Below, one piece after another: positions 48,523 through 57,135 of a stretch of 64,000 nt of DNA; the stretch's first letter is position 1; the number at the start of each line of letters is the position of its first letter. A model generated the notes under the pieces. That model saw only the letters and a list, made by a program, of their open reading frames with translations, had not been told where the DNA came from and did not search any database. This stretch comes from Thermodesulfobacteriota bacterium. GTDB taxonomy: Bacteria > Desulfobacterota_D > UBA1144 > Nemesobacterales > UBA2774. The DNA is taken from contig OY729416.1 in assembly GCA_963422265.1 (NCBI GenBank), forward strand, positions 277,681 through 341,680. Reading direction: 5' to 3'. Position numbers and translations under genes: made by a program.

Positions 48523-49722
48523 ATGCTACATAAAATGGAACTGCTAAAATTACGTGATTCAGAGCAGGTCAAACTTTTATCAAACGTTCAGTTTCTCTAC
48601 GAATTACACCTTGCATCCTTAGAATTATCGTCTTTTTGTTCCCAATGGGAATTTCTTTCCGACTTCCGTTCTTTTGCAGTCAAAGATCCTGAGATTGATA
48701 ATATCCTCACGCGTTCTGCTTACATATCAGGAGCGAACGGGGTTTCCTCTGACTATGCGAAGCTCACGAATTACAATATAACGCGATCTTTCAATCAATA
48801 TATAACGCACTGGTTTTATCCATACAAAGGTAAATACCATCCTCAGATGGTTCGCTCTCTTGCAAATATAATAGGATTGAAATCGGGAGATACTCTGCTT
48901 GATCCCTTTATAGGGAGTGGTACAACTGCACTAGAAGGGGCTTTGCTCAATTTGAGAGTAGTAGGGTTTGATATATCCCCCTTATGCGTCTTAATTAGCA
49001 AAGTCAAAACCAATGCCGTTCATCATCTCCCCGAAATTAGTCAATACTATCCTAATGACCTTGAGAAAGGTAGCCGTATAAGAATGGGCGATATGGTTGA
49101 GTGTATGAGTGACCACGTCAAGAGTTTTGGTTTGTTAGCAAAGATGATTGCAACCAGTGATAACGCCAGGCGTAATCGTGATTTTACCGAAATGCTTATT
49201 CATAATGAGAATAAAATGATTAAAAGCATACAGCTAATGAAAAACGCCTGTGCAGAAATACAAATTTCGCCAACACTGGCGGACATAAGGATAGGAGATG
49301 CTCGTTGCTTGCCTTTACCTGATAATAGCGTGGATGGAATAATAACCTCTCCACCTTACTCGTTAGCCCTGGACTATGTTGCTAATGATTCTCATTCACT
49401 AGAAGCACTTGGATATGACTTGAGTACAATCAGGGAGAATTTTATAGGTGTTAGAGGCAAAGGAAAGAAGCGAATTGAATTTTATGAGCGGGATATGCTC
49501 CGTGCTTACAGTGAGATGGGTAGGGTGTTAAAACCATCGGGCAAAGCTGTCATCGTCATCGGTGATGCTACCGTTAATGGAAATAAGGTACATACAACGG
49601 AAAAGTGTATTGAGACCTTTGCTAAACTCGGATTCAAGCTCATTCATACTGTGGATAAGCTAATTTATGGTCTATACAATGTAATGCAAAGAGAGTTTAT
49701 ACTTATTTTTGAAAGATATTAG
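48523..49722 (+). CDS. Putative N6-adenine/N4-cytosine DNA methyltransferase, alpha-like motif order (I then IV)
   Basis: Motif I LLDPFIGSGTTALEG (~aa 116) and motif IV IITSPPY (~aa 275). Lower GC than flanking genes. Adjacent to a PD-(D/E)XK ORF. Confidence 0.6.
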   Translation: MLHKMELLKLRDSEQVKLLSNVQFLYELHLASLELSSFCSQWEFLSDFRSFAVKDPEIDNILTRSAYISGANGVSSDYAKLTNYNITRSFNQYITHWFYPYKGKYHPQMVRSLANIIGLKSGDTLLDPFIGSGTTALEGALLNLRVVGFDISPLCVLISKVKTNAVHHLPEISQYYPNDLEKGSRIRMGDMVECMSDHVKSFGLLAKMIATSDNARRNRDFTEMLIHNENKMIKSIQLMKNACAEIQISPTLADIRIGDARCLPLPDNSVDGIITSPPYSLALDYVANDSHSLEALGYDLSTIRENFIGVRGKGKKRIEFYERDMLRAYSEMGRVLKPSGKAVIVIGDATVNGNKVHTTEKCIETFAKLGFKLIHTVDKLIYGLYNVMQREFILIFERY

Positions 49723-49731
49723 GGATTACCG

Positions 49732-50362
49732 ATGAAGCGAGAGCAAATAGAAGGAAAGCAACTTGAGCAGCTTAAAGAAGCGGCAAAGATTTTTATAAAA
49801 CCGATGGAAAAGCTTCCTTTTCCTGTTGTGATAGAGGCGATGACTGGTTACCAACTGATTCCGTACATTGAAGAAGATGACAAAGGATTAATAGATGCCC
49901 TTTCCAAATGTTGTATCAAGACAGTGGACGATTCTGAAAGACACCCGATAACTGCCAATCGTCCAAATGATGTTAAGCACTCAAGTAGAAAAGATGATTC
50001 AAAAAAATCTAAATGCCGGTGGGATCACTTCTGAGAAACCAAAATCGCAAGTGAAGGGATCCGCTTTCCCGCAAGGCTATCCTGATTTGTTACTTTGGGA
50101 GGGGGTGAGGCCAACCTACTTAGAAGTAAAGGTCTCTAGGGTGGAAAATATTTCTAGGGGTTCTGCGAGAAATTTTTTCTATCAGCCAACGCGGAATTCA
50201 AAAATTGCGTATAGTGCTAGACATATTTTATGCGGCTTTTCAATCTCTGAACAAAGCGAGAAAAAATGGGTATTAAAGAGATGGAAAATTACGGACTTAT
50301 GGTTTCTCAGGGTTAAGCTCAAACCTGAATACAATGCAGACAATCTTGGCAGACAATCTTGA
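49732..50362 (+). pseudogene. Candidate Type II restriction endonuclease (PD-(D/E)XK), split into two overlapping ORFs by a frameshift at an A7 tract (50001-50007)
   Basis: ORFs 49732..50034 and 49967..50362 fuse into a ~209-aa protein if the A7 tract were A6. GYPDLLLWEGVRPTYLEVKV fits PD-x(n)-E-x-K. Confidence 0.4.
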
Positions 50363-50649
50363 AATTTATAGACAGGAAGCAATTATATTGGAAGGGGACG
50401 GGAAGAAAATTACGAGTTGATTTTGATAAATGCTTATATGAGGTATCACCCGACATGGTGCTAGGTTCCATAAGATACTATTCAGAGGGCAAAAGTCATT
50501 TATTAAAAATGTCTGATTAGACCATGTTGGGCAAGAACGTCATATAATTCCCAAATTACACCTGCATCCTTGAAACGACAACGCCTTAGAGTATATTTAC
50601 ACCCCGAATGTCTCTAATGATTTATTTTCCTTTGAGGAATGCATCTTAA

Positions 50650-52167
50650 ATGGATTTGCTTTTAAGTGGTAACCTGTCGTTAATAATTTTCTTTCCCCTA
50701 GTGGGAATACCACTCATTATTTTTGTCTCTTATTTATACAATAACGATGAAGAGTCCATAAAGAGAAGCGCTTTGGTAGTAACTCTTATTGAGTTCTTAT
50801 TGTCAATCCCTCTATTTACGGCTTTTGAAACGGGGGATGCTGATATGCAGTTTGTAACCAAAATCCCGTGGATTGAAAGTCTTGGCGTCAGCTACCACGT
50901 CGGCGTTGACGGTATCAGCCTTCTATTAGTTCTTCTTACGACCTTTATTATGCCCATTACTATCCTGAGTTCATGGCGGGCTATCAATAAGGGTATGCGT
51001 GAATTCTTGATACTTACGCTATTACTTGAGTCAGCCCTGATAGGCACATTCGCGGCGCTGGATATGATCCTGTTTTTCGTATTTTGGGAAGCCGTGCTTA
51101 TACCGATGTACTTTATAATAGGTATATGGGGTACTGAGCGGAGAGTTTACGCCGCAATCAAGTTTTTTATCTATACGGCGTTCGGAAGCGCCCTTATGCT
51201 CATAGCTATTTTTTACCTTTTCTTCGCTCACTTAAATCAGTTCGGCTTCTCTTCAATGAACGTGCTTGATTTTTATAGAGTGTCTCTCCCCTATTACGGC
51301 GTAATTAGCCCGCAGGGGCTAGCGTTTCTAGCGTTTTTACTCGCTTTCGCGATCAAGGTGCCAATGTTTCCATTTCATACTTGGCTTCCTGACGCGCACG
51401 TTGAAGCCCCCACGGCTGGAAGCGTAATACTCGCAGCCGTGCTTCTTAAGATGGGAACCTACGGTTTTTTAAGGTTCTTGCTGCCATTTTTTCCTGAGGC
51501 GACGGTAGCTTATCTACCCCTTCTCCTCACTATTGCGATAGTGGGGATAATCTATGGTGCTATGGTCGCGTTTGCTCAGAAGGACCTTAAAAAGCTAGTG
51601 GCTTACTCTAGCGTGAGTCACCTAGGTATGGTTATGCTTGGGATTCTTGTTCTTAACTTTCATGGTATTCAGGGTGGAATTTATCATATGGTAAATCACG
51701 GGCTTTCTACGGGCGCGCTCTTTTTAATGGTTGGAATGATTTACGAAAGGCGACACACTAAGAAAATCGCTGATTTTGGGGGTATTGCTAAAGTAATGCC
51801 GATATTCGCAGCGTTTTTCATGCTTGCTACGCTTTCATCCATAGGACTTCCCCTCTTAAATGGCTTTGTAGGTGAGTTCCTGATACTTCTTGGGGCATTT
51901 GAGTTTAACTACGTGTGCGCCATACTAGGCGCAACCGGCGTGGTGCTAGGAGCGGTTTACATGCTCTGGGCATATCAAAAGGTTATGTTTGGATCTCTAT
52001 CTAGTCCAGCTAATAAAGTTCTTATGGATGTAAATATAAGGGAAATTTTGGTTCTTCTTCCGCTTGCCGTTATGATGTTTGTAATGGGGGTTTATCCTGC
52101 ACCGTTTCTATCTAGGATTGAGCCTTCGGTTCGGGCTTTGTTGGATAGTAAACTATTACTCTATTGA
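50650..52167 (+). CDS. nuoM: NuoM/ND4-family proton-pumping subunit, standalone (complex I subunit M or MrpD-like)
   Basis: 505 aa, about 14 TM helices; WLPDAHVEAPTAGSVILAAVLLKMGTYG signature. Confidence 0.75.
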   Translation: MDLLLSGNLSLIIFFPLVGIPLIIFVSYLYNNDEESIKRSALVVTLIEFLLSIPLFTAFETGDADMQFVTKIPWIESLGVSYHVGVDGISLLLVLLTTFIMPITILSSWRAINKGMREFLILTLLLESALIGTFAALDMILFFVFWEAVLIPMYFIIGIWGTERRVYAAIKFFIYTAFGSALMLIAIFYLFFAHLNQFGFSSMNVLDFYRVSLPYYGVISPQGLAFLAFLLAFAIKVPMFPFHTWLPDAHVEAPTAGSVILAAVLLKMGTYGFLRFLLPFFPEATVAYLPLLLTIAIVGIIYGAMVAFAQKDLKKLVAYSSVSHLGMVMLGILVLNFHGIQGGIYHMVNHGLSTGALFLMVGMIYERRHTKKIADFGGIAKVMPIFAAFFMLATLSSIGLPLLNGFVGEFLILLGAFEFNYVCAILGATGVVLGAVYMLWAYQKVMFGSLSSPANKVLMDVNIREILVLLPLAVMMFVMGVYPAPFLSRIEPSVRALLDSKLLLY

Positions 52168-52212
52168 TTCCACTGATTCCACAGTTGCGGAAATGGTGTT
52201 TGGATACTGTAA

Positions 52213-52635
52213 ATGGCGTCAAGAAAACTTCTTACTAAAAAGATGGAATTCTCGGCTTCGCACAGCTACTGGCGTCCTGAATGGAACGAGGAGAGAAATA
52301 AAGATATGTTTGGCAAGTTCGCGAGTCCCCATGGACACGGACACAACTACAGCCTTGAAGTTACAGTAGAGGGGGAGATTGATACGGAGACAGGCATGAT
52401 AGTTAACCTGTATGACCTAAAAACATTAATGAAAGAGGTGTTAATTGACTTTGACCATAAGCACTTGAATAAGGATAATCCGAGATTCGAGAAACTAATT
52501 CCTACTACTGAAAACGTGGCTAAGGTGCTGTGGGAGATTTTTCAGGAAAAACTTTCCGACAATGGACAGTGTAGTCTTTACAGGATAAGGCTTTACGAGA
52601 CACCGGACCTATACGTTGATTACTGGAGGAGCTAA
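52213..52635 (+). CDS. 6-pyruvoyl-tetrahydropterin synthase family protein (PTPS-like; no Cx5HGH cysteine)
   Basis: FSASHSY...SPHGHGHNYSLEV; EVLIDFDHKHLN. Confidence 0.75.
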   Translation: MASRKLLTKKMEFSASHSYWRPEWNEERNKDMFGKFASPHGHGHNYSLEVTVEGEIDTETGMIVNLYDLKTLMKEVLIDFDHKHLNKDNPRFEKLIPTTENVAKVLWEIFQEKLSDNGQCSLYRIRLYETPDLYVDYWRS

Positions 52636-52637
52636 CC

Positions 52638-53069
52638 TTGAGGGAAGTCATTTGCGTTACGAAGAGGTACCGTTTTTCAGCCGCGCATAGGCTATACGTT
52701 AAGGGGTTTTCTGATGAAGAGAACGCAAGGATTTTTGACGCTTGCTCTAATCCAAACGGGCACGGGCACGATTACTACCTAGAGTGTAGAATATCGGGAG
52801 ATATAAACCCGGAGACGGGTATGCTAATGAATCCTGAGGAGCTTGACCGTATAGTAGATCCGGTGATCGGGGAACTCGACAACAAACGACTTGATGTGGA
52901 GGTGGCATATTTTAGGGAGTATCAGCCAACGGGCGAGAACATTTTAAGATATTTATGGGAGCGGTTGCGCGGGCAGCTTGGAGATAGGCAGATTCATTTG
53001 AGGCTTAGTGAGACGTCTAGTAGTTATTTTGAATATTTTGAGGAGAGTAATTATCCCTATGAGTGTTAA
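52638..53069 (+). CDS. queD: 6-carboxy-5,6,7,8-tetrahydropterin synthase, QueD-like (Cx5HGH present)
   Basis: FSAAHRL...CSNPNGHGHDYYLE. Confidence 0.7.
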   Translation: MREVICVTKRYRFSAAHRLYVKGFSDEENARIFDACSNPNGHGHDYYLECRISGDINPETGMLMNPEELDRIVDPVIGELDNKRLDVEVAYFREYQPTGENILRYLWERLRGQLGDRQIHLRLSETSSSYFEYFEESNYPYEC

Positions 53070-53622
53070 GAAAGCCATCAGGCAAATTCTAGTTGATATA
53101 GGTGAAGATCCAAACAGGGAAGGGCTAAAGGACACGCCGGATAGGATGTCTAGGATGTTCAAAGAACTCACGTGGGGCTACGACGCTTCCCCCCAAGACA
53201 TTATAAATGAGGCTTTGTTCAACATAGATTTTGACGAGATGGTTGTGGTTAAAGACATAGAATTCTATAGCCTTTGCGAACACCACATGCTTCCTTTTTT
53301 CGGGACGTGCAACGTGGCTTATATTCCTAACGGAAAGATAATTGGGCTTAGTAAAATCCCGCGAATCGTAGAAGTCTTTTCAAGAAGGCTTCAGGTTCAG
53401 GAAAGGATGACAACGCAGATCGCCGACTTTATAGATAACGCTCTTGATCCCATTGGGGTCGCCGTAGTAGCCGAAGCCCGGCACCTGTGCATGGCTATGA
53501 GGGGAATAATGAAAGCTGACGCGAGTATGCTGACAAGCTCAATGAGGGGGGCTTTTAAGACCGATAAGAAAACCAGAGGTGAGTTCCTTAGTTTTCTAGG
53601 TAAGCGTTACCATAATACTTAA
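53059..53622 (+). CDS. folE: GTP cyclohydrolase I
   Basis: EDPNREGLKDTPDRM...YSLCEHHMLPFFG...ARHLCMAMRG. Start at MSVKKAIRQIL, overlapping the queD end by 11 nt. Confidence 0.9.
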   Translation: MSVKKAIRQILVDIGEDPNREGLKDTPDRMSRMFKELTWGYDASPQDIINEALFNIDFDEMVVVKDIEFYSLCEHHMLPFFGTCNVAYIPNGKIIGLSKIPRIVEVFSRRLQVQERMTTQIADFIDNALDPIGVAVVAEARHLCMAMRGIMKADASMLTSSMRGAFKTDKKTRGEFLSFLGKRYHNT

Positions 53623-53801
53623 ATCTTTGTTGTTTTCTATACAGGTTATATTTTTCAGCTCAGCCACCCTGAACTTATGTTATCTGCGTCCATCTTTGTC
53701 TTTAGGCATCGCCCATAGGCTTTCTACTATAGAAATAGCTTGTAGATAGTATATAATTCACGTGTTGAATTTATAGTTGGAACCGAAAGAGGAATGGTTC
53801 T

Positions 53802-55124
53802 ATGTTGCAAGTAGTCGTCGTCGGGTTAAGTTACAGGACGGCGCCAGTAGAATTGAGAGAGCGTTTTAGCGTTGCTCAGGACGAGCTTGAATCAAAGCTT
53901 GTCAACCTGAGCGATGAGGGCAAAGTTGAAGAGTGCTTGATACTTTCTACCTGCAACAGGATAGAGGTGTACGCAGTATCCAAGGACGTATATTCCTCCG
54001 TTGAAGAAATTAACGGTTTTCTCGCAGAATCCGCTGGGGTTCCTACGAAGAGCTTGTCTCAGTGCGTGTATGTGTCGGTCGGAGGTATGGCTGTGAAGCA
54101 TTTATATAGGGTCGCATCCGGTATAGATTCCATGGTCATTGGGGAACCACAAATATTGGGGCAGGTAAAGCAAGCCTATAAAACCTCTGTCCTGAGGGGG
54201 ACTGCGGGGCTTATTCTTAACAGGCTCTGCCATTCTGCGTTCTTCGTGGCAAAAAAAGTGCGTTCCGAGACTGGTATAGGTTCAAGGGCAGTTTCAGTGA
54301 GTTATGTTGCGGTAGAACTGGCGAAGAGAATCTTTGACGACTTGTCTAAAAGAGCCGTTATGCTTATAGGTTCGGGTGACATGGCTGAACTTGCGGCGAA
54401 AAATCTTCTTAGATCGGGTGTGGGCGAGTTGTTGATAGCGAGTAGAAATTTTGATCACTCGTCTTCGCTGTCTCGTAAGCTCAACGGCAAGCCAATTAAG
54501 TATGACGAGCGTCTTTATTTCTTAAAGGATGTAGATATAGTGATCACGGCTACGGGCTCTCCAGATTTCATTATCAAGCCCAGTCACGTTCGGCAGGCGC
54601 TCAAGTTAAGAAGAAACGAGCCTATATTTATGATAGATATAGCCGTCCCTCGGAATATAGATCCCAGGGTAGAGGAGCTTTCTGATATCTATTTATACGA
54701 TATAGATGACTTAAAAAACGTTCTGGATAAGAACGTAAAGACAAGGCGTGCAGACGCTGAGAAGGCTGAGGAGATCGTGTCTGACGCGGAAAAAGCCTTT
54801 GGAGCGTGGATCAATAGTCTCAAGGTCGTCCCAACTATTATAGATCTTAAAAATAGATTTGAGTCTATCAAAAAAACTGAGGTTGAACGGACGCTTGTAA
54901 AACTAGGCAGTTTTACCGATAGGGATAAAGATGCCGTTAATCTCATGGCTTCCAGAATCATAGATAAAATCCTACATAACCCTCTGACCAATCTGAAAAA
55001 AGAGGCTTCTACCTCTTTAGGAGCCTTATACGTAGATTCAGTGAAAAGGCTATTTGAGCTTGAGAGCAAAATTCTCGTGGTTGAGGAAGAGGAAGATGAA
55101 TTGGCCATTCAGAATTGGAACTAG
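53802..55124 (+). CDS. hemA: Glutamyl-tRNA reductase
   Basis: VVGLSYRTAPVELRE, ILSTCNRIEVY, GEPQILGQVK. Confidence 0.9.
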   Translation: MLQVVVVGLSYRTAPVELRERFSVAQDELESKLVNLSDEGKVEECLILSTCNRIEVYAVSKDVYSSVEEINGFLAESAGVPTKSLSQCVYVSVGGMAVKHLYRVASGIDSMVIGEPQILGQVKQAYKTSVLRGTAGLILNRLCHSAFFVAKKVRSETGIGSRAVSVSYVAVELAKRIFDDLSKRAVMLIGSGDMAELAAKNLLRSGVGELLIASRNFDHSSSLSRKLNGKPIKYDERLYFLKDVDIVITATGSPDFIIKPSHVRQALKLRRNEPIFMIDIAVPRNIDPRVEELSDIYLYDIDDLKNVLDKNVKTRRADAEKAEEIVSDAEKAFGAWINSLKVVPTIIDLKNRFESIKKTEVERTLVKLGSFTDRDKDAVNLMASRIIDKILHNPLTNLKKEASTSLGALYVDSVKRLFELESKILVVEEEEDELAIQNWN

Positions 55125-56022
55125 AGGGAGCAGTCTAGCTTTATGGCAGGCTAGTTTCATAGAGCATTTACTATTAAAAGAATTTCCAAACCTTAAATCC
55201 GAAATAATAGCCATAAAAACGACAGGCGATAAAATGAGCGCCTCTCCTCTTTCAAAGATTGGGGGGAAAGGCGTTTTTGTTAAAGAGATAGAAGAAGCTC
55301 TTATTTCTAAGAGTATAGATATAGCTGTTCATAGTATGAAGGACTTGCCTACTTTACTTCCGACGAACCTCGCGATCGGTGGTGTGGCTAAAAGGTATGA
55401 GCCAAGGGACGCGTTGATTTCAGCGAACGGGTTTAAGCTTGCCGAACTCCCTCAGGGGGCGAGGGTAGGTACGGGAAGTTTAAGGCGTGCCTCACAATTG
55501 ATTTATAGCTTTCCCGGGCTCAGGATTGTTCCTATAAGGGGTAACGTGGATACCAGAATCAGAAGGTTGAAAGAATCTGGTGAGTTTGACGCGATAATTC
55601 TGGCGATGGCGGGTCTTGAACGTATGGGGTTGAGTAGTGAGGCGAGCGAAGTAGTATCGGCAGATTTGCTTTTACCTGCACCTGGACAGGGGGCGATCGC
55701 CGTTGAATGCAGAAAAGGGGATGAGCGGGTTTTTGAGATGCTTTTACGAATTAGCCACGAGGAGACTAGAATTGAGGTAGCGGCTGAGAGGGCTTTCCTT
55801 AGAGAGCTTTCGGCAGATTGCAACGTTCCAGTGGGAGCTTACGCTTCAATTGATAAGGATTCGTTAAGTATTACAGGGCTAGTTGCCTCTCCTGATGGTA
55901 AGGAGATTATTAGAAAAGAAAAAAGGGGTTCTAGGGAAGAAGCTGAGGCTCTCGGTCAGGGGTTAGCGGGGCTTATATTAAGTGACGGTGGAGATAAGAT
56001 ACTAGCGAAACTTAGATTGTAA
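55096..56022 (+). CDS. hemC: Hydroxymethylbilane synthase (porphobilinogen deaminase)
   Basis: IGTRGSSLALWQA...AVHSMKDLPT...GQGAIAVECR. Overlaps the hemA end. Confidence 0.9.
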   Translation: MNWPFRIGTRGSSLALWQASFIEHLLLKEFPNLKSEIIAIKTTGDKMSASPLSKIGGKGVFVKEIEEALISKSIDIAVHSMKDLPTLLPTNLAIGGVAKRYEPRDALISANGFKLAELPQGARVGTGSLRRASQLIYSFPGLRIVPIRGNVDTRIRRLKESGEFDAIILAMAGLERMGLSSEASEVVSADLLLPAPGQGAIAVECRKGDERVFEMLLRISHEETRIEVAAERAFLRELSADCNVPVGAYASIDKDSLSITGLVASPDGKEIIRKEKRGSREEAEALGQGLAGLILSDGGDKILAKLRL

Positions 56023-56064
56023 TAGTCTCTCCATCTGTTATTATCTGTATAAGGGAGATGTTGG

Positions 56065-56916
56065 ATGTATTCTCAAAATCCTTCGGAGGTCTGTTTTTCT
56101 TTTCTGGACGTTGAGACGACTGGACTCGATCCTTATTCGGGCGATAAAATCTGTGAAATAGCGATACTGAAAACGATAGATGAAAAGGTTATAGACGATT
56201 ACGTTACGCTTGTTAATCCCGGGAAATCCATTTCTACAGGGGCGAGTGCAGTTAATGGTATAACTGATGATATGATTAGAGGAGCACCGTTCTTTAGAGA
56301 TATTGCCGAGGACGTTGTATCTTTTCTAAACAACACCGTGATTGTCGCTCATAATGCGAAGTTTGATATGCACTTTTTAAGTATGGAGCTAGGCGCACTT
56401 AGGCTTTCCTCGCCTGAATTTCACGTTATAGATACCCTGCGAATAGCAAGAAGATATTACAAGTTTTATAGTAATAGCCTCGGACAGATAGCACGGTGTA
56501 TAGGGCTTCCCGCTCGTTATGAACATCGTGCGCTTGCGGACGTGCAGACTACCAAGAAAGTTTTTGAATACTTTCTCATGGATTTAGGTAAAAGAAGAGG
56601 AATAAGGTTAAACAAGTTAAAAGACGTGCTAAAGTTACAAGGGGTGGACTTTGAGTCTCAAGAGGAACCAAACAGGCTAGCAATTCCCCCCGAGATAACG
56701 ATTCCCTCTGAGATAGAGAATGCTCTTAGGACTAAGGGTAAACTCCAAATCACGTATGTTTCGGCTTGTGAAGAAAAGACTACGAGAGTGATAGAACCCC
56801 TTGGTATAAGCGTGGATATGGAGAATGTTTGCCTACACGCCTTTTGTCCTCTGAGAAAGAAGAAACGCACTTTCAGGCTAGACAGAATATTGGAAATTAA
56901 GCCCTTAAGCGCATAG
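56065..56916 (+). CDS. DnaQ/epsilon-like DEDD 3'-5' exonuclease fused to a C-terminal WYL-like domain
   Basis: FLDVETTGLDP (Exo I) and HNAKFDMHFL (Exo II). The C-terminus LQITYVSACEEKTTRVIEPLGI...RTFRLDRILEIKPL matches the WYL-domain pattern. Confidence 0.7.
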   Translation: MYSQNPSEVCFSFLDVETTGLDPYSGDKICEIAILKTIDEKVIDDYVTLVNPGKSISTGASAVNGITDDMIRGAPFFRDIAEDVVSFLNNTVIVAHNAKFDMHFLSMELGALRLSSPEFHVIDTLRIARRYYKFYSNSLGQIARCIGLPARYEHRALADVQTTKKVFEYFLMDLGKRRGIRLNKLKDVLKLQGVDFESQEEPNRLAIPPEITIPSEIENALRTKGKLQITYVSACEEKTTRVIEPLGISVDMENVCLHAFCPLRKKKRTFRLDRILEIKPLSA

Positions 56917-56967
56917 TGGCTTGAGATACTGCATCTATTCTGAGTATCGAGATAAATACGGAAAGAC

Positions 56968-56996
56968 TTGACAGTAATTATTATTTCTAATAATAT
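56968..56996 (+). promoter_or_regulatory. Sigma70 promoter TTGACA-17-TAATAT, about 18 nt upstream of tRNA-Met
   Basis: ttgaca 56968-56973; 17-nt spacer; taatat 56991-56996. Confidence 0.5.
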
Positions 56997-57013
56997 ATAT
57001 TTTCCTATTCAGA

Positions 57014-57090
<77 letters not shown>

Positions 57091-57135
57091 ATACTATCAG
57101 TATTATTCCTCTTTTTGGATTAAAGGAGGGTATGA

